Notes: a model not told the origin generated them from the sequence alone. A stretch of 64,000 bases of DNA from the human T2T-CHM13v2.0 reference genome, Homo sapiens (GCF_009914755.1 NC_060944.1), one strand, 5' to 3'; positions 45,004 through 60,101 are shown, counted from the first letter of the stretch. A program made the numbers and translations.

Positions 45004-46071
45004 AATCTTCTTCCTGATATTAACACAATTATGGAGAAACTGGAGTGAAAGAAGCCACCTCGACGATCCTTTCCTAGATTCACCAAAACTGAACCTGGAA
45101 AACTCCATTGCACTAGTCAGTTCCTCATCTGTACCTACATTTAATTCCACTTAACTCATTTCTGCTTCTATTTATTTTTATTTTTCTAAATTTAGCCCAA
45201 AGGCTGAGTCAGCCCAGCCTTAATGTCCATAATCTGTTGGGCCTGGCTCACTGAAAAAGTACTGTGGTGCCTTCATGGAGATGACACTGAAATAGGCAAA
45301 AGAAAAATGCACGCAAAGCCATTAGCCAGATGAAACCAGAGTCATGCTTCCTTGGCAAAACATCAGTGCAGTATTAAAAAGTAGTGAGGAACAGTGGGCA
45401 ATAGATGCTATCTGTCCAGATGCCGTTTCCAGGGTTCTAGATCTGCATTTTGCGGCTGGGAGCAATAGGGCCACTTTAAAGAGGCATCACAGAAGCTATT
45501 GATGTTTCAAATGGGATTAAAACAAAACCAAATCAAACATTCCCCACATGTTGTAGGCAGTTTCAAATAAATGATTTGCCTTGAGATTTTCAGTAGTCTA
45601 CATGGAAATTCTCAGAACTATTTTTCATTCTCTTTTTTAAAAAATAATGAATTTATTTATTTCTTCAAGGTGTCAGAGATTTAATCCAAGCTGTAATTAG
45701 CAGTTCACCTCTCCAAGTACATTTTACAACTAGATCCTAGATGTTTTCATTTGCATAATTCTTGAATGTCATTTGTGTTAACTTAATATTTTTTGTACAG
45801 TCTTTCTGTTATCAAAAGCTTTCCCTATATTTCATCTCATTTGAAAGAATAAATTCAGATTTCAAAAGGTAATTTCAGAAGTGTCTCTTTTAATCATGAT
45901 AAATTTGAAACATTTCTTCATTTATTCTCTAGATTTAGTATTTATCTTTTTTTAATATCTCTGTGTCTATGTATCTATTATATATTTTATTTATATTTTA
46001 TACCCATATTTAAACTGTATATACTGCTTTATATTTACACTTAATTTTATATTTATATTTGATCTCCTATA

Positions 46072-46400
46072 CCAGCCGTCCCCAACCTTTTTAGCACCAG
46101 GGACCAGTTTCCTGGATGAAATTTTTCATGGAGGGTGGTCGGGGTGGGGATAGCTTTGGGATGAAACTGTTCCATCTCAGCTCATCAGGCATTAGTTAGA
46201 TTCTTATAAGGAGCATGCAACCTAGATCCCTTGCATGCACAGTTCACAACAGGGTTCACACTCCTGTGAGAATCTAATTCCACAGCTGATCTGACAGGAG
46301 GTGGAATTCAGGAGGTAATGATCACTGGCTATACCGTCTTAAACTTCTGCTGGGCGGCCCGCTTCCTAACAGGCCACAGACCAGAGGGTCTGCGGGCCCG
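46072..46400 (+). mobile_element. MER1B-like, right terminus missing
   Basis: cagccgtccccaacctttttagcaccagggacc start; homologous to 37536-38030. Confidence 0.85.
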
Positions 46401-46713
46401 TCTTGTACTATTTACTGTGTTGGTAACCAGTACATCTAGGAAATGCTTTAACAGACTTTTCGAATAATATATATTAAATGATATAATTTCTTCCTAAAAA
46501 CAGGATTAATCGAGGTATATTTATATGAGACAAAATATGATTTTCAATCCCACTCTGTAAGATTTTTACTTATCTCAGGATAGGCCAAGTATTTGAGTAC
46601 TTTGAAACTTTACAGCCTCTATTAATGCCAAATAGAACCCTGCTGTTGTGTCATAGAATTAAATCTGCGTAAGAACCACTAACTTACTTTTTCCTTTAAT
46701 TCCTTCCTTCCTC

Positions 46714-47216
46714 TGTAATAGAACAATGCTCTCTTCCGCCAAGATGTCCGTGTCCTAATCCTCAGAACCTATAAATAGGTTTCCTTACACGGCAACATAG
46801 ACTTTGCAGACATGATTAAATTAAGGATTTTGAGATATTGGAGATTATCCTGGATTATGTAGGTGGATTGGATATAATCATATATTTACTTAAAAGTAGA
46901 AAGGGAACAAGAAAAGAAGGTCAGAGTGAGGGCATGTGGGAAGTGTTTGACCCGCCACCAGCATTGCTGCATTGAAGACGGAGGAAGGGAGCCATGAGCC
47001 AAGGAGTACGGGTGGTTCTAGTGGCTGGAAAATGCAAGGGAGCAGATTCTTCTCTAGAGAGTCTGGAAAGGAACACAGCTGTGCTGGCACCCCTATTTTA
47101 CCCAGTGAGACTCAGTTTGATCTTCTAACCGACAGAACTGAGATAACGAATGTGTGTTGCTTTGAGCCACTAAGTTTGTAAGTAATTTGTTAGAGCAACA
47201 ATAGAAAACTAATACA
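46714..47216 (+). mobile_element. MLT1C/D-like LTR
   Basis: gtcctaatcctcagaacct...ggagccatgagccaagga...agccactaagtttgt...aaactaataca. Confidence 0.8.
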
Positions 47217-49180
47217 CTTTCCTTCTTTGTTTTCCTTTTAGCAATTTAATTAAGTACCTATCATACTAGACCTTGGAAATTAGAAGACAAATGAGCTAGA
47301 ATATGGAAATTATTGCTATGCTTTTCTGATTTTAAAATTTCCTAGTAAAGAAATATTTCCTTTCCCTCTTGCAAAGCACACTAAAACAAAAGAAAATGAG
47401 AAAAAAACACAACTTCCTGACCCTTAACAAATATGTAAGTTAGGGGTGCAATATTCAATGATGATCAACTAGGAATATAGGAAGATGCTGAAACAAGACA
47501 CCCCATTGAAGTAGATCTAAGACTAAGACAACAGAGTAGAATTTTCCAAAGCACACAGCCTATTTTTAGGGATATTGTAAAAATTTTGAAATGTAATTTA
47601 CACATGATTGTTTTAAACAACAGAAAGGAAGACTATCAGCTGGTAGTGAGAGCTTCCCTAGACAAAATTTTCTACCAAAGAGTCAGGGCTGATGAAGACT
47701 TACGCAGATATGATTATTTGTAGGGAGCTGTCTCTCAATGCAGCAGAGTGGAGGAAAGAGACCTTGCTTTGGGAATAGCCCTGAAGCTGCCTTTTTGTGG
47801 GCTGGAAAGATAAATGCAAATCTGTTTCACCAGGAAACTTCAGAGAAGATGAAGTAAGATATAACCAGGAGATTAGTTAGCACAGGCAAGGGAAAAATGG
47901 GAGAGAAAAATAAATCACAAAAATAGAGACTCCAGTGAGAAGTAGAAAGAAAAAAAATCTGTGCCGAATAACACAGTAGCAGACATGGAAGATAGGATTA
48001 AGAAAAGTGAGCAAAATATAATGTAAAAGAATGAAGAGTTAAGAAAGATTAGAGAGAAGTGACATATGGAAGACCAACAAGGCAATCTAAGGCACATATA
48101 GTTCATCTCAAAATATGAGAAAATATAATATGAGAAAATGTTAGTCATAACAACATTGAATTTAAAACTTGAGAAAGCATTCTGTCTTTCACTGTTAAAT
48201 ATTACCATTGATGTAAAAATATTATAGTAAAATTATTTTACTTTTAAGATAAAGAATCCTTTGGAAATCTTGGTTAAAAAAATTAATCTTTAAGGGAAAA
48301 GGCATCAGACCAGCCTCAGACACCCTCACAGCAACATTATATGCTAGAAGCAATGCCTACAAAGTCCTCAGGGAAAGAAAAGGTAAAACAAAAATTTTAA
48401 ACAAAGTCAAGCAATCAATTAAGTATGCAGTGAACAGACAGACATCTTGGCATGCATTCATTAAGGATTATGAATTCCATAATCCCTTAAAAAATTATTA
48501 TAGGCCAAATGTCAGCAAACCAAGAGATGACTGGAGAAAATACAGCACATTCACTGTTAATGAAATGATTTAATTTTAAGACTAAGACTAAATCAAATGC
48601 CAATCAAACCCAGAAAATGTAGGAGTAACATAGTAACATTCAGGAAAGGAAGGAGGAGAAAGATGAAAAGCAATGTAAATATACTGATTACCTTTAGAAC
48701 CAGATGTCAAAGATATTATAAATCAAATAAAGCAAGTATTAGAAGTAAAGATATATTTAAAGCTTCAAAGATTAACACTGAGACAAGTTATGTGGTAAGC
48801 AACTACAGTTTTGGATGATGAAGAGGAGGAAAAGGAGAAGGGCGTGGGAATATATTACTTTCACTGTTTCTTATAGTAAGGAATAGTCATGAATTGTACA
48901 GATGTAATAAATCATGGCACATCCATACAATGGAATGATATGAAGCTGTTACAAACATAGAGGCTGCTCTACATGCATATATATAATTTACAAAATTTTA
49001 AAGAGAATAGTGTATAAGAAGAACAAAGAATGTATGTATGTAAGTTTATATACATACACTGGTATAGACTCACAGGCAGGCTAAATAAGGCACAGGAATA
49101 TAATGCTTCCCTCTCAGAACTTGAAGTCTTGGGGAAAGGCAGTCTTTTTCTCTGTATTCCCCCCAACCCCACCACCCCCG

Positions 49181-49455
49181 TTTTCTTGAGACGGAGCTCA
49201 GGCTGAAGTGCAGTGGCACAATCTTGGCTTACTGCAAACTCTGCCTCCCAGTTCAAGCGATTCTCCTGCCTCAGCCTCCTGAGTAGCTGGAATTACAGAT
49301 GCCCACCATCACGCCCAGCTAGCTTTTGTATTTTTAGTAGAGACAGGGTTTCACCAAGTAGGCCAGGCTGGTCTTGAACCCCTGACCTCAAGTGATCTAC
49401 CCGCCTCGGCCTCCCAAAGTGCTTGGATTACAGGTGTGAGCCATAGCACCTGGCC
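49181..49455 (-). mobile_element. Alu (S-like)
   Basis: Dimer with small deletion near the tail. Confidence 0.92.
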
Positions 49456-49461
49456 ATACCC

Positions 49462-49630
49462 CCTTTTTATTGATACATAATAATTGTACATATTTATGGG
49501 ATAAATATGATACTTTGATACATGCATACAATGTGTAATGATTAAAGCAGAGGAAATGGGATATCCATCACCTTAAACATTTATCATTTCTTTGTATTAA
49601 GAACATTCCAAATCTTCTAGCCATTCTGAA
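49462..49630 (-). mobile_element. L1MA 3' end fragment
   Basis: ttgatacataataattgtacatatttatggg...; flanking repeat catacccc(c)ttttt. Confidence 0.8.
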
Positions 49631-50894
49631 ACATACCCCTTTTTATGACTTTTGAATTTTGTATTTTGTGCATGTACTGCCTATTATAAAATGTATACTG
49701 CAGTTGTTTTGGCAAGGAAAAAATGAGTTAGAATCCTGATTTTACCCTCCAGAGTTTCACACTCCTTTGAGGTGAGACAGATAAACAGATAACTCTTAAA
49801 TAATGAGGTAAGTGCTATGAAATAAGACGGTACCAGGTGCTTTGGGGAAGTCTAAGAGGCTTAATTCCTACTGGAGGGGTTAGAGAAGCTGAGTTTTGAA
49901 TGGAAAGAATAATTTAAGAGATATTTGTAAATGGTGTAGATGAATCTACTTAATAACAGACTCAAAATAAAATATGAGGCTGCTGAAGAAGCCAAATATG
50001 GAAACATCATCTTGTACCCCATAAATATATACAACTATTATTTGTCAATGAAAAATAAAACCAAAAATAAATAAATAAATAAAAGATTCACTGGTTCTGG
50101 TTCCAGCCACCTGGTAGATTGCAGGGCTACTTATTTTTAGTTCAGCAAATATTTTTTACCACCTCACTATATTCCAAGCACCATGTTGAACCCTGGAGAT
50201 TAGAATTTAAATAAGAAACAGTCCTTTTCTTTAAGGAAGGTGAAATCTAATAATGGCATGTGGTAGATGGCAGTCATAACTTCAAGTATTCACCGCTCTC
50301 TCAATCCGTACCCTTTGTAGCACCCTACCACTATGGGCAGGTCACTTTGCCCTATACCTAAACACCGGGCCCAACCCAGTGACTTGCTTTGGGCAAAACA
50401 AGATGGTAGCAGACATGAAGCAAGCAGAGGTGTGAAATGGGCTTGGCATTGGCACTTCCTCTCTCTGGTACTTCTGCCATTACCATGAAGTTGAGATGGA
50501 ATAAAGCCCTTTATGAACCAGCCAAAATGGACACATTCATTTCTGGTTGCATTAATGTTATTTTGAAAGAGAAGGAAAAAGCATAAACATCACACAAATC
50601 CTTTGCTGTTAGTTGTTTGTCTGCAAATCTGCTGCATTTTATAAAACACTATATATATAAGGTAAACCTGGTGGGTGCATCCACTCCAAAGAGTAAGACC
50701 TATACCACAATTTTGTGCAAAATAAAAAAGTGTACTACGTCTTTGGGGCCAATTCAGCCCAGTGCCAAGCAAAAGGCTTTGCAAGAGGAGCATCTCAGCG
50801 AACACTTGGCCCATTGACTGAGTATCCTCATGCAGTGCGCAACCTGACCTACTGTATGTGGTAATCCTGCTTAAATTTTAGATGGGACTTTCTG

Positions 50895-51118
50895 GCAACC
50901 TCCGCCTCCCTGGTTCAAGCCATTCTCCTGCCTCAGCCTCTTGAGTATCTGGAATTACAGGCATGCACCACCACGCTTGGTTGATTTTGCATTTTTAGTA
51001 CAGACGAGGTTTCACCTTGTTGGCCAGGCTGTTCTCGAACTCCTGACCTCAAGTGATTCACCCGCCTCAGCCTTCCAAAGTGCTGGAATTACAGGCATGA
51101 GTCACTGCACTCTGCCAG
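50895..51118 (-). mobile_element. Alu, 3' truncated
   Basis: Begins at gcaacctccgcctccc; no tail. Confidence 0.9.
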
Positions 51119-51375
51119 CTCAGTTTAATAAAGTCTAGAAAAGGAACCTCTTTGAGGAAACACCTATGAAATGCAAGGAAATTTTTCTTTTGATCATGAG
51201 CTAAAATATAAGCTTCATAAAATTCTGTAAAAATTCAATTAATCTTGTCTTCTTTCTTCTGGATTTTGTTGAACTGATGTGAGTCCAATTTCTGAAAAGG
51301 AAGCTGGAGTCCCATCAGCTGGGTATGCAAACTGACCAAGTCACACAGCCTCTCGGACTTAAAATGTTCACCAAC

Positions 51376-51640
<265 letters not shown>

Positions 51641-52518
51641 TCATCAATTAGTTGAAATGATTGGATCACTTGATCCTCTAAGTCACTTCTAGGTGGAAAA
51701 CTGCAAAAAAATATTATTATTTTGGTCAGTATTAATCACAATGGCAAAATTGACTAAAAAATAATGTAAAAAATTTATTTTTGTGTGTGGGTGAAAATTT
51801 TGGGCTTCCTGAGGCATAGAGGGACAATCATTTTAACTGAATTGTACTTTTGTTGTGATTCCAACCACATGGAGTCAGTGAAGGAAAGAAAAGAACATTG
51901 AGTCTTGTTGAGTGTGCAATTGATATTTATATTGTAAGTTAATGTATTTTTCTAATCTTGTTGCAGCATAACAGAAATGGTAGGAACGAATCATTGTATT
52001 TACAAAACTGATTTGTTCACATTTAAAGAATGGAGAGAAACATAAAACCATGCAATTAGGCCAGCAGTTGAGCAGCCTCATTAAGTACTGGGTATATTTT
52101 CCATATGCTCTGATTTCATTTTACATAATCCTGTCATAAACAACAGGTAAGTGGGAACAGTGCACTCATTTGTAAATCATATTCTGTAGGTTAAATGCTG
52201 ATATCAGTTTTGAGGCTTTTCTGATTTAAATTTAACAGCACATATTCCCCATATTTCAAGGGAATGATTACTGATGTTTTGGCATCAGAAAAATACTTTA
52301 ATTGTCATTTGAATTATTTGGAGTAAACCCTTTTTTATCCAGAAATATGTCATAATTTTATTTCTGTTCTTTTGAATAAAATATTTAGGAATTTACTTTA
52401 CCATGACACAGAATATTCTTTATTCTCACGAAACAACCCAGTATTGAGCACTTAGTATACCACATTGTGCTAGGAATAGAGAATATGGAAAGAAGTAGTA
52501 TAGTAGTACCAGGACCAG

Positions 52519-52587
52519 TTTTCTTTTCCTTTCCTTTTCTTTTCTCTTCTTTCTTTTCCTTCCTTCCTTCCTTTCTTCCTTCCTTCC

Positions 52588-52643
<56 letters not shown>

Positions 52644-52728
52644 TCCTTCTTTCTTTCTTTCCTTCTTTCTTTCTCTTTCCTTCCTTCCTTCCTTCCTTCC
52701 TTCTTTTTCTTTCTCTCTCTCTCTCTCT
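52519..52728. repeat. Compound (TTTC)n/(TTCC)n/(TC)n polypyrimidine tract
   Basis: About 210 nt of C/T only; explains the KE/R-rich and F/S/L-rich spurious ORFs. Confidence 0.97.
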
Positions 52729-52730
52729 GT

Positions 52731-53500
<770 letters not shown>

Positions 53501-55008
53501 ATATAAAATATCTTTATCACCTTCTTCATCATCATCATCCAGTCTAGTTGAACATCTGCAGTCTAATCATATCCTAAGCCTAGCTGATATATACAAAATT
53601 CTATTCTTAAGCAAGTAGTTTGGAATGGAATTAATCTTTATTTTACTTTTCTATTTTCCCTTTACACTCCAATCAATGATTAATTTAATCGAAAGTTCAG
53701 TGGGAGTTTTTTTTTTTTCACCAGACATTACATTGCACATAAACTCAATCCTTAGGCAATTTTCTTCATTATCATTTTCTTTGGTATTCAAAGAAAACCA
53801 AAGTTGTTTTAGTTGTTCAGTGCACAGGGGAACAAGACACAAAGTTAGGGAAAGGATACCCTGAGGTCCAGACAGCTCGTATCAGGCCTGTCTGTGTGCT
53901 GCCCACTTTTCAAAGATATATGTCTCTAATTAAGGTAAACTGGGCAAATGCGCCAGTGGTGATCTCTGTCTTCCAAAGCACAGCATGCAAAAAGCTAGGT
54001 GAAAACTGTAATTAATGTGCCACTTTAAATGGGAACAAGAGATGTACTGCCCTTTGTCTAAAAGAGATACAACATGATCTTTTGCTAATACGGTTGAGAC
54101 TATTCAGCTAAAGGTCCTTATTGTCACTATTATCCTTTCATATTAAGTAACAATGACAATAAGCAAGACTTTATACAAATCAAAGTAAAGAACTGGTGGC
54201 GTTTGCAGTTTGCTTTGGCTTTTCTTGTGGTGAATGTTAATTTTCATAACACAATGTTGCCAGGTAATTGATAACTAGAGTCTGCAGCTGAGCACGATGA
54301 GGTGTTCAGGGATCTACATTCTAGAGAAAGTCTTCAAAATTGGTCTAGGCATCCTCCTTGCTGCAGAAACAGCTCCATCTTACCTGCCTTCCTGTTGGCC
54401 AACCCATTAGCCTGGCTGGGATGGGCAATTTTCTCTATTTTCTCTGGGCTTCCGGTAGATACTCTAGAAGGCTCTTCAGCTTAACTTTCTTGCAGATGCC
54501 TCACCCAACAGGGTGGCCTACCTAGCATGTGAGACCCAGCATTGAGATGCTCTAGGCTGGACCACCATGAAGAGAACTGTGGAGCCTGGGAAAAAAGGAG
54601 AACCTGGGGTTGGAATTCCAGAAGGACCTTCCAAGGGCCTCCCTTATTATCTCCATGGCAGAGAGCTTGCATTGCACTCCTGACAGAGTGTGTCCCTGAT
54701 TTCCTAGCCAGAGAAGCAGCCACAGTGAACCAAGAGAAGGCCATAATGGCTATAGGTCAAAGGTAGAGACACTGGCCTTTTCTTCTTGCTGCCCAACATT
54801 CTGGCGGAACTAGGCCTTGAAGGGCAAATGGCAGGGTTGGGGAGGGTGGCTGGGGAAGGGCAGTGGGTAGGAAAATGTTTAAATGCCAGATCCTATGCCA
54901 GTAACCTTCCACTTCAAGAATTAAGACATCTAATAGGGCTTGCAGTGGGACAGGGAGAAGACAGAAGACTGAATTTAAGTTGAGTTTGAAGGTGAAGGTT
55001 TAACCTGA

Positions 55009-55372
55009 TGATATGGTTTGGCTGTGTCCCCACCCAAATCTCATCTTGAATTATAGTTCCCACAATTCCCACATGTTGTGATAGGGACCCGGTGGGAGGT
55101 AATTGAATCACGGGGATGGGTCTTTCCTGTACTGTTCGCCTGACAGTGAATAAGTCTCACGAAATCTGATGGTTTTATAAAGGGGAGTTCCCCTGCACAA
55201 GCTCTTGACTGCCACCATCCATGCAAGATGTGACTTTGCTCTTCCTTGCCTTCTACCATGATTGTGAAGCCTCTGCAGCCATGTGGAACTGTGACTCAAT
55301 TAAACCTCTTTCCTTTATAAATTACCCAGTCTTGGGTATGTCTTTATCAGCATCATGAAACAGACTAATACA
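55009..55372 (+). mobile_element. THE1B-like solo LTR
   Basis: tgatatggtttggctgtgtccccacccaaatctcatcttgaatt...aacagactaataca; 364 bp. Confidence 0.93.
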
Positions 55373-55885
55373 CTTGGTCTGAGTTTTAATACTGAAAAGT
55401 GATAAACTCTGCCCTAGTGGACCCACTGCTGTATCCTTAGAATAGGCTCCTTTTTCTACCCTCCCTCCTATAGGCATTCTTAATGCACATCTTCCTAAAC
55501 CATCAATCAGATCATGTCATGACCCTGTTTAACATCTTCCAATGGGTTCATGACACACCCAGACTAAAGTCCAAGGTTGTTTCTGTGACCTTACATGGTC
55601 TGGCCCCCTGCTGCCTCTGTGACCCCACTTCTGCTCACTCCATGTCTTGCTCTGCCACTCTGGCCTCCTTTCATCCCTTGGACATGCCAAGCATATTCTC
55701 ATCCGAGAGCCTTTGCTGGTCTCGCTGCTGGAAACACTGTTCTCTAGATATTAACATCTCTCATTCAGCTTCCACTCAAATGGCCTTAGAGTGGCCATCT
55801 CTGATCCCTATCTAAAATAGCTGCCTCTCTACCTCATCTCAGGAAGCCTTCTTTTCACCATGGTTCTTAGCACTACTCAATGTTT

Positions 55886-55917
<32 letters not shown>

Positions 55918-55996
55918 AAGAGAGAGACAGAGAGATTATATATATATTTACTTATATAGGTTATAAAACACTACTTAGCACTACTCAATGTTTATA

Positions 55997-56018
<22 letters not shown>

Positions 56019-56036
<18 letters not shown>

Positions 56037-56321
56037 TGAGACAGGGTCTCACTCTGTTGCCCAAGCTGGAGTGCAGTGGCCATGACCTTGGCTCACTGCA
56101 GCCTCCACCTCCCAGATTCAAGTGATTCTCCCACCTGAGCCTCCTGAGTAGCTGGACTATGGGCACATGCCACCATACCCAGCTAATATTTGTATTTTTT
56201 TGGTAGAGTTGGGGTTTTGCCATGTTGGCCAGGCTGGTCTCGAACTCCTGACCTCAAGTGATTTGCCCACCTTGGCCTCCCAAAGTGCTGGGATCATAGG
56301 CTAGAACCACCACACTTGGCC
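56019..56321 (-). mobile_element. Alu with adjacent (TA)n tract
   Basis: Full dimer; TSD caatgtt(t/c). Confidence 0.93.
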
Positions 56322-56472
56322 CAATGTTCTATATTTTTAATATGCTATTGTCTATCTCCTGTGATAGTATCTAAGTTTCTTAGGGGCAATTATTTTTGTC
56401 TCTTGCTTATTTTAGTATCCTGGCCAAAGAGTAGTGCCTGGCACATAGAAGGTTTCAAAAAATTTGTTCAAT

Positions 56473-56791
56473 GGGCCAGGCACAAACCTGTAATCCAAGC
56501 TCAATCCTTTGGCTCAAACCTGTAATCTGAGTACTTTGGGAGGCTGAGGCAAGAGGATCATGTGAACCCAGGAGTTCACAACCAGCCTGGGCAACATAGT
56601 GAGACTCTGTCTCTACAAAAAAATAAAATAAAAAAATTTAGCAAAGTGTGGTAGCGCACACTTGTAGTCCAAGCTACTGGGAGTGCTGAGGTGGGAGGAT
56701 CACTTGAGCCCCTGGGTTTGAGGTTGCCGTGATGATGCCACTGCACTCCATCCTGGGCAACAAAGCGAGACCCTGTCTCAAAAAAAAAAAA
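56473..56791 (+). mobile_element. Alu (J-like) with rearranged 5' end
   Basis: Dimer; caaacctgtaatc is present twice at the start. Confidence 0.9.
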
Positions 56792-57059
56792 TGTGGAATG
56801 AATGACCATCTAACATGTCATCAAAGGCAGGGTAAGGGAATTGAGAATTTGGATTGAATTTAGGATTTAGAGAAAAAAATTATTTAATGTTTATACCTGA
56901 GTTGAGATTCCTTAATAAACATATTATTAGATTGAAGACTTAACAGTAACAACAAAGATTACTGTGACTTGGTTTACCAATATATAAAATGAAAGATAGG
57001 CTTAATCTATACAACTTTGAACTCTAAGGCAGGAGGGCTAGTTTTATGGAATCTGATGT

Positions 57060-57482
57060 GTGTGGTAGATTTTAAAAACAAAATACTACTCTATTTTGTG
57101 TCTCCTTTTATTAAAATTGAAGCTGATTTCTCCATGTTTTGAATCTGGGCATGGCCATGTGGCTTGCTTTGGCCAGTAGAACATTAGCAAGCAGAGGTAT
57201 AAAATGCTATTTTGAATTGGGGCTTTCCTTCTTTTGCTGCTGGGAACTAGGAACTCACCATACGAAGAAGCCATATGGGAATACCCTGTCATCCTTGCCA
57301 TCCGGATGAGGCTCCAAGCTCCGCATGTCTGCAGCTGCATGAGTAGGCCCAGGAGAACAACACTACTCAGCTGATTTTAGCTCCAGTTACTGATTCACAG
57401 AATTGTGAGCTAATGAATAATTGTTGCTTTAGGCTACTATGTGTTGGTGTGGTTTGTTACACACTAAAGGCTAACTGATATA
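57060..57482 (+). mobile_element. MLT1 LTR
   Basis: tttgaatctgggcatggccatgtggcttgctttggcca core; ends gctaactgatata. Confidence 0.7.
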
Positions 57483-57931
57483 GTGTGTTTGGGTGCATTA
57501 TCTACTAATACTATGTTCTATTGTTAAAAACTGTCAAGACACACAGCTTCAGCTCATCTGTCTGTGAGTGATACCTGGGGAATAGAGGAACATACACAGG
57601 AAGCCCTGGAGAACTGGGTTTGAGCCTAGTGATGCTACTTCTTGGCCGTGTGACCTGGGGGCAAATTGCTTAACCTTTTTGAACCTTGGTTTTCTTATAC
57701 ATATAAAATAAAGAACAGGCCTAAAATACTGCCCTAACCTCTTGCAACTAAAAATCTATCTAAAGACAGCAACATCAGCATGGTGTGGGAACTTGTTAGA
57801 AATGCAGAATCTCTGATCCCACCCCAGATCTGCTGAATCAAAATCTGGAGTTTAACAAGATCCTCAGGCAACTTGTATGCCCATTACACACTGCCTTATC
57901 ATGCTGGAATCACTCAAAATCACCAGATCCC

Positions 57932-58253
<322 letters not shown>

Positions 58254-59628
58254 TAATATCCCTAACAGTGAAGAGCCACCAGCCTTTCCCTGGGATCTAT
58301 CTTTCCTTTCCAATCTTGTGGGGAAACTTGGTCTGGGATATTTTTCTTGGCTTCTTCACAGGCAGACAGCTTCAGCTGCTGAGGAGCTTTTTTTCCAGGC
58401 TCAGCTAAAATTACAGCTTAGTAGTTGAGCTGGGGAGTGGTCAGTGGGGCCTCAGCCCCCTCTTGCTTAAGGATGCCCAGTTGGTTAAACTTTTGATGAT
58501 TATTACCCCCATCTCTTAGCCCTGCCTGGAAATGGCCAGGATGTGCCAGGGGAATGAGTCTTTTGCATCTACAACTGCCCCTGCCCATCAGAGCCTGGAC
58601 TATTGTTTGCACACACATTCCCCCTCCATTTCTTACACTTCACGCCCCGTCTGGCCCTTTCTTTCCTCCTGGCCAGCCGGACCGGCTCAGGCGGCTGAGC
58701 ATGCCTAGTGCAGCTGCGAGCATGGCCCCAGTCCCCAGTGCGCAGGTGCCACGTCTCCGGGTTTTGGTGGCCGCCGGCCGGGAGAAGGAGGAGGCGGAGT
58801 GGGGAGGAGGGAGCCCTCCGGAGTTCGGGAGCAGCACGTTGTGAGGGTCCACACAAGGGTGATGCCAGACCGAACACCATTAGGGCCTGGGTGTGAGTGT
58901 GACTCGGAGGCACCTGGGGGCCGTTGTAGGGCCGGGAAAAGCCAGGAACTGGCTGGAGCAGCACCCCAGCATCCCAGGGACCAAAGTCTGGGGGATTTGC
59001 ATGTCTGAGGTTGCACTTGTGGGAAGACTTTTTGGAACCACTTAATCTCTGTGGCTCTGTGTAAGACCCGCGAAATAAAAAGAGGCAGTAGTACTCTTTG
59101 GAAGATTGTTTTAGGGATTAAATGAATAAAAAGCGTTTAGAACACTGCAGGACGCATTGTAGGCGCTGTATGGGTTTATGAAACCGAATATAAACAAATA
59201 AGCACGTCCCCCACCCAGCCAACGGCTTTGGGGGCCCCGTTCTGGCCAGTCCTGAGCCCCTCCACACGGCCCACGGCGGGCTGCGGGTCTCCCATCCGAG
59301 GAGGGTGCCGCTTTTCTGCCCCCGCTCCCTGGGTTCTGCGCCCAGCGCCATCCCGTGCGCCCCCGACCCTTGGGCATGGGGCACATGCCGCGGGGAGCCG
59401 CCAGGGAGACCCCAGAGGAGCGCGCCGCGGGCCGGCTTCCCCGGATGCCCCACCCACCTCCTCTTGGCGCTGCCCACCACCTGCCTCGGCTGCTCGGCCC
59501 CCGGCACGAGAGGCTGCGCCCCCGACCCAGTCGGCGCCCACTCCTCGCCCTGCGGGCTCGCGGCAACTGGGCGGCCGGCCCGGCCCCTGCCCACCCCCAG
59601 CCCAGCCCGGCGCGCCGCACTGGGCATG

Positions 59629-59858
59629 CTCCGTAGCCTGGGCAGGTTGGGGCTGCGAGGCGACAGCTCGGGCTCTGGAGCCGGGAGGCGAGAACGAGGA
59701 GGGAGGCTCGGGGGCAGGGGAGGAGGAAGCGGCTGGCCGCTGAGGGGCGGCGGGGCCCGGAGCGGGGGACGCGCAGGGCCCGGCGGTGGGCGGGCGGGTC
59801 GGCGCTGCCCCGTGGGCTCGCTGGGGAGCCACGGCGGAGACCCCCGCCCTCAACTGAG
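59629..59858 (+). other. Probable non-coding first exon (5' UTR) of a + strand gene; start approximate
   Basis: Strong donor CTGAG|GTAAGG at 59858/59859; C-rich to G-rich skew switch near 59630; no ATG within 59629-59858. Confidence 0.7.
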
Positions 59859-60040
59859 GTAAGGACCGCGCGGCGCGGAGACGGGGAGGCGGGGAGGCCA
59901 GGGAGGGGGTGCGGAGGCAGGCGGGAGGGCGGGACTGGGGTGCGCCGGGAGGGGGCTTGGCGGCGGCTCTTTATGGCGAGGAGGGGGTGGTGGCGCCGCG
60001 CCGGGAGCAGTAAGTGAGCTGCACCGCCAACAAGATCTCT

Positions 60041-60101
60041 CACACACAGACACACACACGCACACGCACACACGGGCGCGCACACACACGCGCGTACACA
60101 C
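60041..60101. repeat. (CA)/(CG) alternating purine-pyrimidine tract
   Basis: cacacacagacacacacacgcacacgcacacacgggcgcgcacacacacgcgcgtacacac. Confidence 0.9.
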
